Origin: Calditrichaceae bacterium
GTDB lineage: Bacteria; Calditrichota; Calditrichia; Calditrichales; JBFXGD01
DNA: 64,000 nucleotides
Direction of reading: 5' to 3'
Assembly (NCBI GenBank): GCA_050173015.1
Contig: JBFXLE010000004.1
Location: 160,001-224,000, forward strand
Shown: piece after piece, positions 50,476 through 59,651 of the stretch
Position numbering within the stretch: the first letter of the stretch is position 1
Layout of the letters: the number at the start of each line of letters is the position of its first letter
Notes under the pieces: model-generated
Databases searched by the model: none
The model's input: the letters and a program-made list of their open reading frames with translations, nothing else
What the model was told of the DNA's origin: nothing
Made by a program: the position numbers and the translations under genes

Positions 50476-51369
50476 TTATTTAGTGACAGCGCTTTTAATC
50501 ACAGAACCCTTAGCATAGGGGAGATCGAGACCCAATAAATAACCGATGGTCGGCGCCATATCGAACTGTGTATATTCGTTGGAGTCGATGAGACCCGCGG
50601 GTGTATCGGGTCCGATGACCAGCAGCATAATATGCCGGCATCCTTCGCATCCATCGCCGTGACCGCTGAAATCGCGCGTATGTCTTCCGTGATCATTGGT
50701 GATAAACAACGCCGTTTGATTCGCGTAAAAAGAATCGGTTTGTACCACTCGCCAGAGTTCATTTACAAGACTGTCCGCTTGACGCAGCGCCTGTGTATAT
50801 TGCTGTTGGTTACCGCTGTGTCCCCCAATATCCGTTTCCGCCAGATTCACCATGACTAGGCGGGGATGTCGCGTTGAAATGATACCCCTGAGATTTTCCC
50901 AAGTGACGAGATCGCTTTCCGGCTCTGCCGATGGTTTTACAAATGCTCCATAACTTTCACCATAATCCGGATGATCGCTAAAGGCCGTAATATCCAGTTT
51001 GTCCTTTCCTAAAATGACAAAACAGTCATTTTGAGCCGCTCCGGTTTGTTTCCGGAAATATTCAAAAAGTGTCGGTTGACGCGGGCGTTCGGAACCGTCA
51101 TTGGCGATATCCTGCCGGGTTCCGGTCAGGATGGCCGAATGTCCCGGATTGGTCAGTGTTGGCCCGGCGTTATAAAACGAAGTGAAAATAACTCCTTTCG
51201 GTCTCAGCTCATTCCAGATTTTCGGGATAAACCGATGTGACTCATCGCCAAAGGTTTCAGAATACCTCGCGCCGTCAATCACGATGATAAATACATTATT
51301 AGTCGAAGCGGAATTAACATCACCGATTTTCAGAAAAATTACGGTAGTGATCATAAGCAGATATTTCAT
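50476..51369 (-). CDS. Alkaline-phosphatase/sulfatase-superfamily metalloenzyme
   Basis: VFIIVIDGAR, TLTNPGHSAILTG, ETDIGGH, FITNDHGRH and DMAPTI motifs; start MKYLL. Confidence 0.82.
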   Translation of the reverse strand: MKYLLMITTVIFLKIGDVNSASTNNVFIIVIDGARYSETFGDESHRFIPKIWNELRPKGVIFTSFYNAGPTLTNPGHSAILTGTRQDIANDGSERPRQPTLFEYFRKQTGAAQNDCFVILGKDKLDITAFSDHPDYGESYGAFVKPSAEPESDLVTWENLRGIISTRHPRLVMVNLAETDIGGHSGNQQQYTQALRQADSLVNELWRVVQTDSFYANQTALFITNDHGRHTRDFSGHGDGCEGCRHIMLLVIGPDTPAGLIDSNEYTQFDMAPTIGYLLGLDLPYAKGSVIKSAVTK

Positions 51370-51553
51370 CGGTTCCCCTGTCTTTACCATATAGAACATG
51401 AGTGGCAATATGAATATTTCAGCATGAAAACGCGTGGAAAATTTATCATTTTTCGGCGGGGTTTTAGAAAGGGGAAATACTCGGGACCATATAATCAGTA
51501 CCAGCTGTGATCCTTTACGCGAAATATTCATTGATGGCGTTGATTGGAGAATA

Positions 51554-51806
51554 GTCTGAACTTTGATTAGTGTGATTAAAGGATGGCCTATGATTTGAAC
51601 ATGGTAATCATGCGCATTCGCCAAAGGCGGACAGGTCACGGTTCAGACATTTTCCCATTCTTCAAGTCTCACTTCCAGCTTCTTGCTTCTTTCCAGGGCG
51701 CGAGCATCGCGCCCCTACTCTTTTTTCTTATCCTTCTTACTTCTCAAGGCGCATAATCATGCGCCCCTACTCTTAACTTCCTACTTCTTACTTCCTACTT
51801 CCTACT
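51554..51806. repeat. Intergenic repeat stack (GTCTGAAC element, two GTAG-REPs, heptamers)
   Basis: GTCTGAACTTTGATT...TCACGGTTCAGAC at 51554-51648; REP modules shared with 49459-49552. Confidence 0.8.
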
Positions 51807-52327
51807 TTATCTTCCACGTTATCAGCCGGCGCGTAAAGCTTCAGTTCCGCGCCGTCCCCCGGTAAACTGATCATTTTTTCAAATCTCATACCCAGCTTTT
51901 CAAGAACTTTGATCGATTTGTCATTGTCGCGCGTGGTGATGGCCACAATCCGCTCCAAACCAAAAACATCTTTTCCATAGGTTAACAGGGTGGAAGCCGA
52001 CTCGGTCGCGTATCCCTTACCGGTAAACGCCGGCATAAAGGCAAAACCGATGTCCACATCCGTCAGATAATCCCTTTTTATCAATCCGCACATCCCAATC
52101 GGGATACCGCTGTCTTTTAATCCGACCAGGTACAGCCCGAATCCAAACTGTTTATAGCTTTGAACCGGTCCGTTCAATATATAGTCACGCGCGTCATCAA
52201 GCGTACGCACACCCTTGTCACCGATATAACGCAGCCATGAAGGGTCATTGACGAGCTCAAGGATAAACGGAGCGTCCTCAACGGTAAGCTCCCGCAGCGC
52301 CAGCCTTTCAGTTTCAAGAATTGTCAT
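51788..52327 (-). CDS. GNAT (RimJ/RimL-like) N-acetyltransferase
   Basis: ILETERLALR, IGMCGLIKR, DIGFAF..GKGYATE and SIKVLEKLG motifs. Confidence 0.9.
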   Translation of the reverse strand: MTILETERLALRELTVEDAPFILELVNDPSWLRYIGDKGVRTLDDARDYILNGPVQSYKQFGFGLYLVGLKDSGIPIGMCGLIKRDYLTDVDIGFAFMPAFTGKGYATESASTLLTYGKDVFGLERIVAITTRDNDKSIKVLEKLGMRFEKMISLPGDGAELKLYAPADNVEDKVGSRK

Positions 52328-52536
52328 GTAGAAAATCCATTCATTTTCTCTAAAATATATATAGTAATTTTAATACAACCGGCTTTCCCCCAAAAAACGG
52401 AAAGTTAAAAGTACACTCAAAATCATTTGAAGATAATCGTTTAGAAAGAATATTCCAAAGGATATTCCCGGTGATGATCATAAATTGATACCTTGTCGAG
52501 AATATTTGAGCCTCCGCAGAGCGCATCAGGCAATTT

Positions 52537-53283
52537 TCAGCGGGAAACACCAACCGCTTTTCCCAAATATGTGTTGTCCGATAACCGGTTTAGCATAAAA
52601 TCGGCCACATCCGCCCGTGAAATGCGCGCCGTCCAAAGGTAATTACCGATACCCGTACCATGCCGGTATTTACCGCTCCGTTTACCGTTGGTCAGCATGG
52701 AGGGACGGACGATTACCCATTCCGTAGCACTTTCCGAAATGATTCGTTCCTGACGGGTTTTATCCCAAAAATAGAAGGGCAGGATAAAAGGAATGACAAA
52801 AAAGGTGTAATACAATCCCATTCGTCCGGCGCTGGCGCCGATACCCAGGGATGTTTCGCAAATTAAGCGCTTTACTCCCGTTTTTTCCATAGCGCGGATA
52901 ATATTAGCGGTGCCTTCGGACAGAATGCGGGTCGGACCGAAAAACTGTTTATGGCCGAGAGCGGATACCACCGCGTCCTGACCTTGTACCGCCTTTTCAA
53001 TTGACCCGAAATCCAAAACATCTCCCTTTACCACCTGAAGTTGAGAATGTTTGATTTTGAATTTGTCAGGATTTCTTACCAATGCCGTGACGAAAAAACC
53101 TTTTTCAATGGCTTGCTCCACAAGTTGAAGACCGGTGCCGCCGGTCGCGCCGATGATCAGAATACGGTTTATTTTGTCACCGGCCGGGTGAGACGGGATG
53201 TCATTATCCTCACGAAGTCCGTTGTAAGCGAGCAGGGCAGTAAGGATGAGGGCATAAATAACAAGGATCGCTAACGTAATCAT
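52537..53283 (-). CDS. NAD(P)-binding flavin-reductase/atypical SDR protein with N-terminal TM
   Basis: ILIIGATGGTG, GDVLD, WVIVRP and ISRADVADFML motifs. Confidence 0.85.
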   Translation of the reverse strand: MITLAILVIYALILTALLAYNGLREDNDIPSHPAGDKINRILIIGATGGTGLQLVEQAIEKGFFVTALVRNPDKFKIKHSQLQVVKGDVLDFGSIEKAVQGQDAVVSALGHKQFFGPTRILSEGTANIIRAMEKTGVKRLICETSLGIGASAGRMGLYYTFFVIPFILPFYFWDKTRQERIISESATEWVIVRPSMLTNGKRSGKYRHGTGIGNYLWTARISRADVADFMLNRLSDNTYLGKAVGVSR

Positions 53284-53740
53284 TGCAGTTACTCCATTTG
53301 ATTAAAAGGCGAATATTCAGGAAATTCAGCCAAAATATATTTAAATTTTAATTTGGAAATACGATAAATATTACTATTCGATCAAAAACAGCATCAAAAT
53401 GTTAGTTCACAACGGATTTCCCGGAAATAAAAATTGAAACCGGCTACAATCATAGATTAATCCTTATGGTTATAATAATGAATGTTTTTAAAATTGATGT
53501 TCTAAACCCTTATCAATTTGATCTTGATACGAAAAATGCAAAGGAAAGTTTAAAAATTTGATTTGGGAATATTCCGGGAATCATGAGAGTTTTTAAAAAG
53601 AATTTTTATTTTTAATCAGACCGTCGGGAAGCGCTGAAACCGCCTTTCTTTCGTATGACTTTTATGCAGTGGGGCAGAACTGTCACCGGTTCCGCTCATG
53701 GCTATAAATAGAATGACCGGATGATGAAAGGAAATTTACT

Positions 53741-54394
53741 ATGTTTATTGGACATTTTGGTGCCGGATTGGCAGCAAAGAAACTGGATAACAGACCATCT
53801 TTGGCTACCTTTTTCATGGCCGCGCAATTTATTGATCTGATCTGGCCAATATTTTTGTTGTTTGGGATAGAGCGTGTGGAAATTGATCCCGGAAATACCG
53901 CGTTTACGCCATTGAATTTTGTGTATTACCCGTTCACCCACAGTTTTCTCGGTGTGTTGTTCTGGGCTGTTCTTTTTGGGGGCGTGTACTACATTATTAA
54001 AAAAAATCAAAAAAGCGCCTTAATACTTGGCGGCTTGGTCATGAGTCACTGGGCGCTGGATTTATTGGTTCACCGTCCGGATCTTCCGTTATTTCCCTGG
54101 ACCGATTTGAAAGTTGGATTAGGTCTCTGGCAGTCAGTACTTCTGACGATTGTGGTAGAAGGATTAATCTTTTCCGCCGGTGTTTATTTTTATTTAAAAA
54201 CAACAAAAGCGGAGAATAAAAAGGGAGTGATCGGTTTCTGGAGTCTGATTGTATTTTTAGTGTTGGTTTATTTCATGAATGTCTTTGGCCCGCCACCGGA
54301 GACCGCGGAACCTATCGCCGTGCTGGGATTGTCACAATGGATACTGGTGGCCTGGACATATTGGATTGATAAAAACCGTAAAGTGATCAATTAA
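53741..54394 (+). CDS. Membrane-bound metal-dependent hydrolase-like protein
   Basis: MFIGHF, DLIWP, PFTHS and SHWALDLLVHRPDLP motifs. Confidence 0.75.
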   Translation: MFIGHFGAGLAAKKLDNRPSLATFFMAAQFIDLIWPIFLLFGIERVEIDPGNTAFTPLNFVYYPFTHSFLGVLFWAVLFGGVYYIIKKNQKSALILGGLVMSHWALDLLVHRPDLPLFPWTDLKVGLGLWQSVLLTIVVEGLIFSAGVYFYLKTTKAENKKGVIGFWSLIVFLVLVYFMNVFGPPPETAEPIAVLGLSQWILVAWTYWIDKNRKVIN

Positions 54395-54549
54395 ATTTTG
54401 TCTGCCGGAAACCTGTCATCACGGACAAATCTGTTAGGGTGTCATGTCTCGCGGGGAACTAAAACAGGCTTTCGAAGATTCCACGATGGGGGGGGCTCTC
54501 TTTTCGCCTGATCTAAATCAGGTGTTATGATGCACCGGTAATGAATTTG

Positions 54550-55155
54550 TTATTCAGCCAAATATTTTAAACTGGACAGTTCAGACAACTGATTCACTAA
54601 TTTATTCCTGGCAGAACCAATGGGTTCCTTTTCGAGTAAAATCCTGAGTTCGATGTTTCTTTCCCGGTATTTCCTGAATCTTTCTGATTCACAGGTTTGA
54701 GTCAGCCAGATTCTCGATTCATTATCCCATAATTTTTCATATTCAGGAGGAATATAATCGATATACAATTTATCTTCGGATGATGAATCATGATAAATAT
54801 CTTTTTGATCCTGAGCCTTCCCAAGAATGGCTGGAATTAGATACAAATTCAAAAGCATAGTCTGAATTAATTTGTTTTCAGCTTCTTTCAGCTTCCCTTT
54901 TTTAAAAAGGGTTAAGGACCAGCAAAGATATTGCAGAGGATCACCCACATCATCCGGGAAGTTTTTTTCAAACCAACGAAATGATTTTAATGCTGAATCT
55001 ACGTCATCCATCAATAGATACAACGGTCCAATCGTATATCTCAAACCGGCGCCGTCGATAAAATCTCCGTATGTCCTTTTTTCATAGCGCAGCGCTTTCT
55101 CATACCGGGATATCAATCCCTTTATACCCCTTGGAGTTTTTGGCATATCCGTCAT
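54550..55155 (-). CDS. Hypothetical protein (TPR-like helical)
   Basis: 201-aa ORF with DGAGLRY..GPLY and WFEKNFPDD; function not recognised. Confidence 0.6.
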   Translation of the reverse strand: MTDMPKTPRGIKGLISRYEKALRYEKRTYGDFIDGAGLRYTIGPLYLLMDDVDSALKSFRWFEKNFPDDVGDPLQYLCWSLTLFKKGKLKEAENKLIQTMLLNLYLIPAILGKAQDQKDIYHDSSSEDKLYIDYIPPEYEKLWDNESRIWLTQTCESERFRKYRERNIELRILLEKEPIGSARNKLVNQLSELSSLKYLAE

Positions 55156-55399
55156 ATCAATTTTCCCGTTAGTGATATTCGTTTATTTTATCGGTTATAT
55201 CCAAGATAAAAATTTTTTGAATGCAATCAAACAAGAACCGAAGCATCAGGTAATTCTTTTATCAGCGGATTTACATCGAGCTTCGGTTCAGGCGGAGTGG
55301 ACCGGACGCTATGATCATCTACAAATGATCTACTGATCCGGGCGACGGTCTCTTAAATATTGATATTGAAAATACATTCTGTGTTTGCGTGTCGCCTTT

Positions 55400-55801
55400 T
55401 CATTTTAGTTTAGAATAAGGCGTGGATCGTAAGAATTTTGTAGTGATTTTTTTGGCGTACAAATCCAGCTTTTTGCTCATCACCTTCCATTCATCGCTGC
55501 CCAGCCATTTTATACGCGCCTTGTTGTAGGCCTCCATATTGACAAATTCCGCGACGAAAATCACCTGCTCAATATCTCCGACGATGGTCTGCCATACGAC
55601 CACAGGTTTGTATCCGTATCTGTCCATAGCGGGAGACATTTCCTTACCGTTAAAATCATGGAAGTCGGCAAGTTTACCCATGGATACATCGATCGTGACC
55701 ATCCAGTAAACTTTTTCGTCCATTTGCTGCCCGTAACCGTTGTACGGGTGAATCGATAACAAAGCGATAATTATAGCGATGATGATTAAGAACTTATGCA
55801 T
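55400..55801 (-). CDS. Secreted NIPSNAP-like protein
   Basis: Signal peptide; WQTIVGD and C-terminal LRSTPYSKLK. Confidence 0.65.
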   Translation of the reverse strand: MHKFLIIIAIIIALLSIHPYNGYGQQMDEKVYWMVTIDVSMGKLADFHDFNGKEMSPAMDRYGYKPVVVWQTIVGDIEQVIFVAEFVNMEAYNKARIKWLGSDEWKVMSKKLDLYAKKITTKFLRSTPYSKLK

Positions 55802-56295
55802 TTTTCCCCCCTGGAAGTGTCTGTTATGCGTTCCCGGAATGATAAAAAAACATCCGGGATTGTTTAGTTAATTTCATTAAAAACGCTGAGAGATGCCCGG
55901 TCATATAGGCGGGATGTCCGGATGCGGGATTTGACTGGTCGGGAACATCATACGTTACCTCCTTTCCGGAATGCGGTACGGATCACCGGTTTTATTAAAT
56001 AGAGTGGTCATTGACAGATTGTGTCACATCAATATTTTTTTCACTGAAATCAATCCTCAGGATAGTCATATCCGTGAGTACATTTATGTTTTATGGAGTC
56101 AACCGCGCGGAATATGGTTAAAGTAAATCCATACTATATTTGGGGGGATTTTTAAACCGTTAACATAAAATAAAAGTCTGAATATTCCCGTATAAAAAAT
56201 AAAGCGCAATGGCGCGGGTACGGTAATGATATTTACCCGCGAGAGTAAATCTTTGGTATTTGTACTGTTTTTGTGTGATTTCGTTTATTACCGGT

Positions 56296-56700
56296 TTACC
56301 GCGGCATCCGGGCGGGATCCATCCAAAACACTTCCCAGATATGGCTGTCCGGATCTTCGAAAGCCCGTCCATACATGAAATCATGGTTTTCCGCTTCACG
56401 CTGTTCCTTCCCGCCGGCGGACAAGACCTTGCTCATAAACTGATCAACCTGTTCTCTGCTTTCAACCTGAAGCGCCAGAAGCATTTCAGTAGTATTTGCC
56501 GAATTTGCAATTTCCTTCCCGGTGAAGCGTCGGATGCTGTCATGAGTGTGAAGCATGGCATGGATGTGATCTGAAATCACAAGAGCTGCCGCCTGATCAT
56601 TTGAAAACTGCTTATTAAAAGATAAACCCAGCGCCTCAAAAAAAGTCACAGACCGTTTAAGATCCGCGACGGCTAGATTGATATATATGGCCTTTGGCAT
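56296..56700 (-). CDS. VOC/glyoxalase-family protein
   Basis: IYINLAVADLKRSVTFFEALG and FMYGRAFEDPDSHIWEVFWMD motifs. Confidence 0.88.
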   Translation of the reverse strand: MPKAIYINLAVADLKRSVTFFEALGLSFNKQFSNDQAAALVISDHIHAMLHTHDSIRRFTGKEIANSANTTEMLLALQVESREQVDQFMSKVLSAGGKEQREAENHDFMYGRAFEDPDSHIWEVFWMDPARMPR

Positions 56701-56743
56701 GTATTTCTCCTTATTGGAAAAGATTGACAAATGAATTATCAAT

Positions 56744-57688
56744 TTATTCAAGAACTTCCACAAAGACAGGCGCCTGCTGATATTTATAAGAAGAATCCGT
56801 CAGGACGGTCATTTCTTTCGCGCGCCAGTCCATCAGAGCAATATGAAACTGAGATTCCGATAAATCGAATATCTCTACGGCCAGCCAGTTACCATCGCTG
56901 CTCCATTCATGCCAGCCCTCATTTACAGGATTGCCGGTCAGTTTCCACTGTTTTTCGCCGTCAGGGGTTACCGCGAACAGACTGTACTTACCTTTTTGTT
57001 GAGATTGATAACTGATAAAATTGTCCCTATTATTCCATTTTGGGGGCCCCGCTTTATAGGCGTACCACTTTGCGGTGGTGTCATTCGGAGGGTAATGGGT
57101 TAACCGGCGTAAGTCGGATCCGTCTTCATTGATGGAATAAAGTTCGTCAACAAATCCTTTTTCTCTTTTGGATTTTTTTATACTTCCTCTGAAAATAATT
57201 CTCGAGCCATCCGGCGAGAAAATGGGGTCACTGGCGAAGGCTAATCCGGTTTCCACCGTCTTCAGCTTTTTTCCGTCTAAATCCTGAATATAAAATACAG
57301 AATCTATTGATGGATGCGGGTTAACGATTATTTGAGTGCCATCGTAACGGCTTCCAAGCCAGCTGTCCCTGAGTTTTAAGTCCGAAATCTTTCTGACATT
57401 TTTGCCCTCAGCATCCATTTCATATAAAAAATAAGATCTATGGGTTGTGTCCCGGTCAGAGATAAAATAGAGTTTATCCTTCCAGGCATAATAAACCCAA
57501 TCGACACCTTCCCGATTTGAAATATTTTTTTTGTTATGGCCGTCCATATCCATGACAAATACTTCGTAATTATCTTTTTCCATATCATATAATACATTAT
57601 AGGCGATCTTATATTTTTTTTCGGACCGGCATCCGGAAACCGCGATCAATACCGCGGACATAATAATAAATAGTTTAAATTTCATCAC
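56744..57688 (-). CDS. TolB-like beta-propeller lipoprotein
   Basis: Lipobox VSGC; PD40-like repeats (FSPDGSRIIF, WSSDGNWLA). Confidence 0.8.
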   Translation of the reverse strand: MMKFKLFIIMSAVLIAVSGCRSEKKYKIAYNVLYDMEKDNYEVFVMDMDGHNKKNISNREGVDWVYYAWKDKLYFISDRDTTHRSYFLYEMDAEGKNVRKISDLKLRDSWLGSRYDGTQIIVNPHPSIDSVFYIQDLDGKKLKTVETGLAFASDPIFSPDGSRIIFRGSIKKSKREKGFVDELYSINEDGSDLRRLTHYPPNDTTAKWYAYKAGPPKWNNRDNFISYQSQQKGKYSLFAVTPDGEKQWKLTGNPVNEGWHEWSSDGNWLAVEIFDLSESQFHIALMDWRAKEMTVLTDSSYKYQQAPVFVEVLE

Positions 57689-57833
57689 TACAATTTCCCC
57701 ATGGTTAGATGAGTATTATTTTTAATCCGGAGTCAGAGAGATTTTTATAATTATCCGGTGGACGTGGGGAGAGGGTGAATGGTCCTCGCGGGAGACGGGA
57801 ATGCGGTTTTTCGCGATTCTGCAACCGGAGCCG

Positions 57834-58217
57834 CTAAACCTGATGAAGTTGAATGAGATTACCGCAGGTATCATTAAATATGGCGACGGACGCCCAATCC
57901 GTTTTTGTCGGTTTCATGGTAAATACGACTCCCCGTGAAATAAGCCTTTCGTATTCCTTTTGGATATCTTTCACGGCAAAAGAAGTTGCCGGTATGCCAT
58001 CTTTGAATATGGCTTTCTGATAGGTCTTTGCCGCGGGGTGAGCGTTTGGCTCCAGGACTAATTCCACGTCATCCGGTCCTTCCGGAGAAACGACGGTTAG
58101 CCAGCTGAATTCCCCAAAAGGCAGATCCGTTTTTTTTATAAATCCCAGAACTTCGGTATAAAATTGAAGCGCCTTTTTCTGATCGTTTACAAACACACTC
58201 ACCAATTGAATTTTCAT
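57834..58217 (-). CDS. VOC/glyoxalase-family protein
   Basis: VSVFVNDQKKALQFYTEVLGF, WLTVVSPEG and FNDTCGNLIQL motifs. Confidence 0.9.
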   Translation of the reverse strand: MKIQLVSVFVNDQKKALQFYTEVLGFIKKTDLPFGEFSWLTVVSPEGPDDVELVLEPNAHPAAKTYQKAIFKDGIPATSFAVKDIQKEYERLISRGVVFTMKPTKTDWASVAIFNDTCGNLIQLHQV

Positions 58218-58423
58218 GATTCCCCCGCCTTTTATAAATTCGCATCAGTTGCATTAACATTATAGCCTTCACAAAAGGACTTTACCGTCAAACGGGGAAG
58301 TCTGCCGCATACGATTGTAAAGGAGTCCCATTAACAAGCACCTGATGTTTGGGAAAAAAGTAAAATTATACTACTTCCTGATTTATTTAATTAAACAATT
58401 TTCTTCGACATAATATTTTCGTT

Positions 58424-59053
58424 TTAAAAATTTATGTCTTCTTTCTGCAAGCGTCTCAAAATGACACCGTCGGATACCTTAAATTCTGTACATATAACTC
58501 TGGAAATTGCTCCCATTAATAAATCATTATTTTCATCCCCAATAACTGAGCGATATTTTTCAATTTTATCCTTTTGATTTTGAATGGATCGTTTTAAAGC
58601 ATTTATTGGAACGAGTAATCTACCAGCAAACTCATATGCCTGCTGTTCAAAAAAGAATAAATCTTCTTCTTGCATATCTTCCCTGAAGTGCAACCAGTCA
58701 TTTTCGTTACGAAATTGACATTGTTGAATTTCTTTGGCATGGAGGACAAAATGTCCAACTTCATGTGCAAACGTAAATCTTAATCTATTTAAATATCGAT
58801 CATCGAAATACATATCCTGATCCACATAAATAGACTTAAGATCATTTGATAGAAACGCATCTACATCAATTGACTTTTGCATATTAGGGATTGGAATAGG
58901 AGTTATTTGTAATTTTAGTTCGACGATATCAATAATGGGTACAGGAATTATTTCTGGTGGATTTACAAACTCCTGCCTGAACTCTTCGGCTTTCGATCTA
59001 ATAAAGTTACGACAAAGTTTTTGCGGTCTTATGTAGTCCACCCATAACCTCAT
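58424..59053 (-). CDS. ImmA/IrrE-family zinc metallopeptidase
   Basis: RLRFTFAHEVGHFVLH (HExxH) and EQQAYEFAGRLLVP motifs. Confidence 0.88.
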   Translation of the reverse strand: MRLWVDYIRPQKLCRNFIRSKAEEFRQEFVNPPEIIPVPIIDIVELKLQITPIPIPNMQKSIDVDAFLSNDLKSIYVDQDMYFDDRYLNRLRFTFAHEVGHFVLHAKEIQQCQFRNENDWLHFREDMQEEDLFFFEQQAYEFAGRLLVPINALKRSIQNQKDKIEKYRSVIGDENNDLLMGAISRVICTEFKVSDGVILRRLQKEDINF

Positions 59054-59059
59054 AGATTG

Positions 59060-59425
59060 TTATTCATTTTCATCCGCCAGAATTTTTAAAATTTTTTCTA
59101 ATTCTTGTCTTGTTGGTTTTTCACCACGTAAAGTTCTAAAAAATATAGGCAATTTATCTAAAATTGTTTGATCAGAAACTAAATGTGCAGGAATTTGACT
59201 GATCGCTGCCAAGTCTAATAATGTCTGAAAGTCCTCTGAACCGGCCGTCATATTTAATGATTTTGCGATAGAAGTAAGAACTTGTCTGCTTTTAGGTGGT
59301 GATAAAATTCCACGTTCAATTTTGCTCCAATTGCTGGGATCTAATTTATTTATTCTGCAAAATTCTCTTAAAGTCATTTTTTGCTTAATCCGGTAATTCT
59401 TTACAAATTCACCAAAATTAACCAT
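59060..59425 (-). CDS. XRE-family HTH transcriptional regulator
   Basis: FGEFVKNYR..MTLREFC..DPSNWSKIERG..PP. Confidence 0.88.
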   Translation of the reverse strand: MVNFGEFVKNYRIKQKMTLREFCRINKLDPSNWSKIERGILSPPKSRQVLTSIAKSLNMTAGSEDFQTLLDLAAISQIPAHLVSDQTILDKLPIFFRTLRGEKPTRQELEKILKILADENE

Positions 59426-59455
59426 ACTTTACACCCCTTTTAATAAAGTACAATT

Positions 59456-59509
59456 GTGGTATGATTTTTACTACGTGGTAAATATATACCACACTAAATG
59501 TGATGTCAA
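59456..59509 (-). promoter_or_regulatory. Sigma70 promoter with tandem palindromic operators
   Basis: Minus strand TTGACA (59509-59504)-17 nt-TATATT (59486-59481); GTGGTA-N6-TACCAC (59475-59492) and GTGGTA-N7-TACTAC (59456-59474). Confidence 0.75.
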
Positions 59510-59651
59510 GAAAATTTTATAAATGTGTGAGATTTTGACAGAATTTGATTTTTTTAAACATCTTTATAACCCTTTAAAATTTTACAAGAAAAAAATTATA
59601 CTTTTGTTTTGCGTCTGAGTAGACAAAAGGGAAGAATTAAAATGGCGGCAT

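Noticed and set aside
50181-51639. Long N-terminal extensions of ORFs 49575..50267 and 50476..51639
   Set aside because: The extensions run through intergenic repeats; signal peptides and RBSs point to starts at 50180 and 51369.
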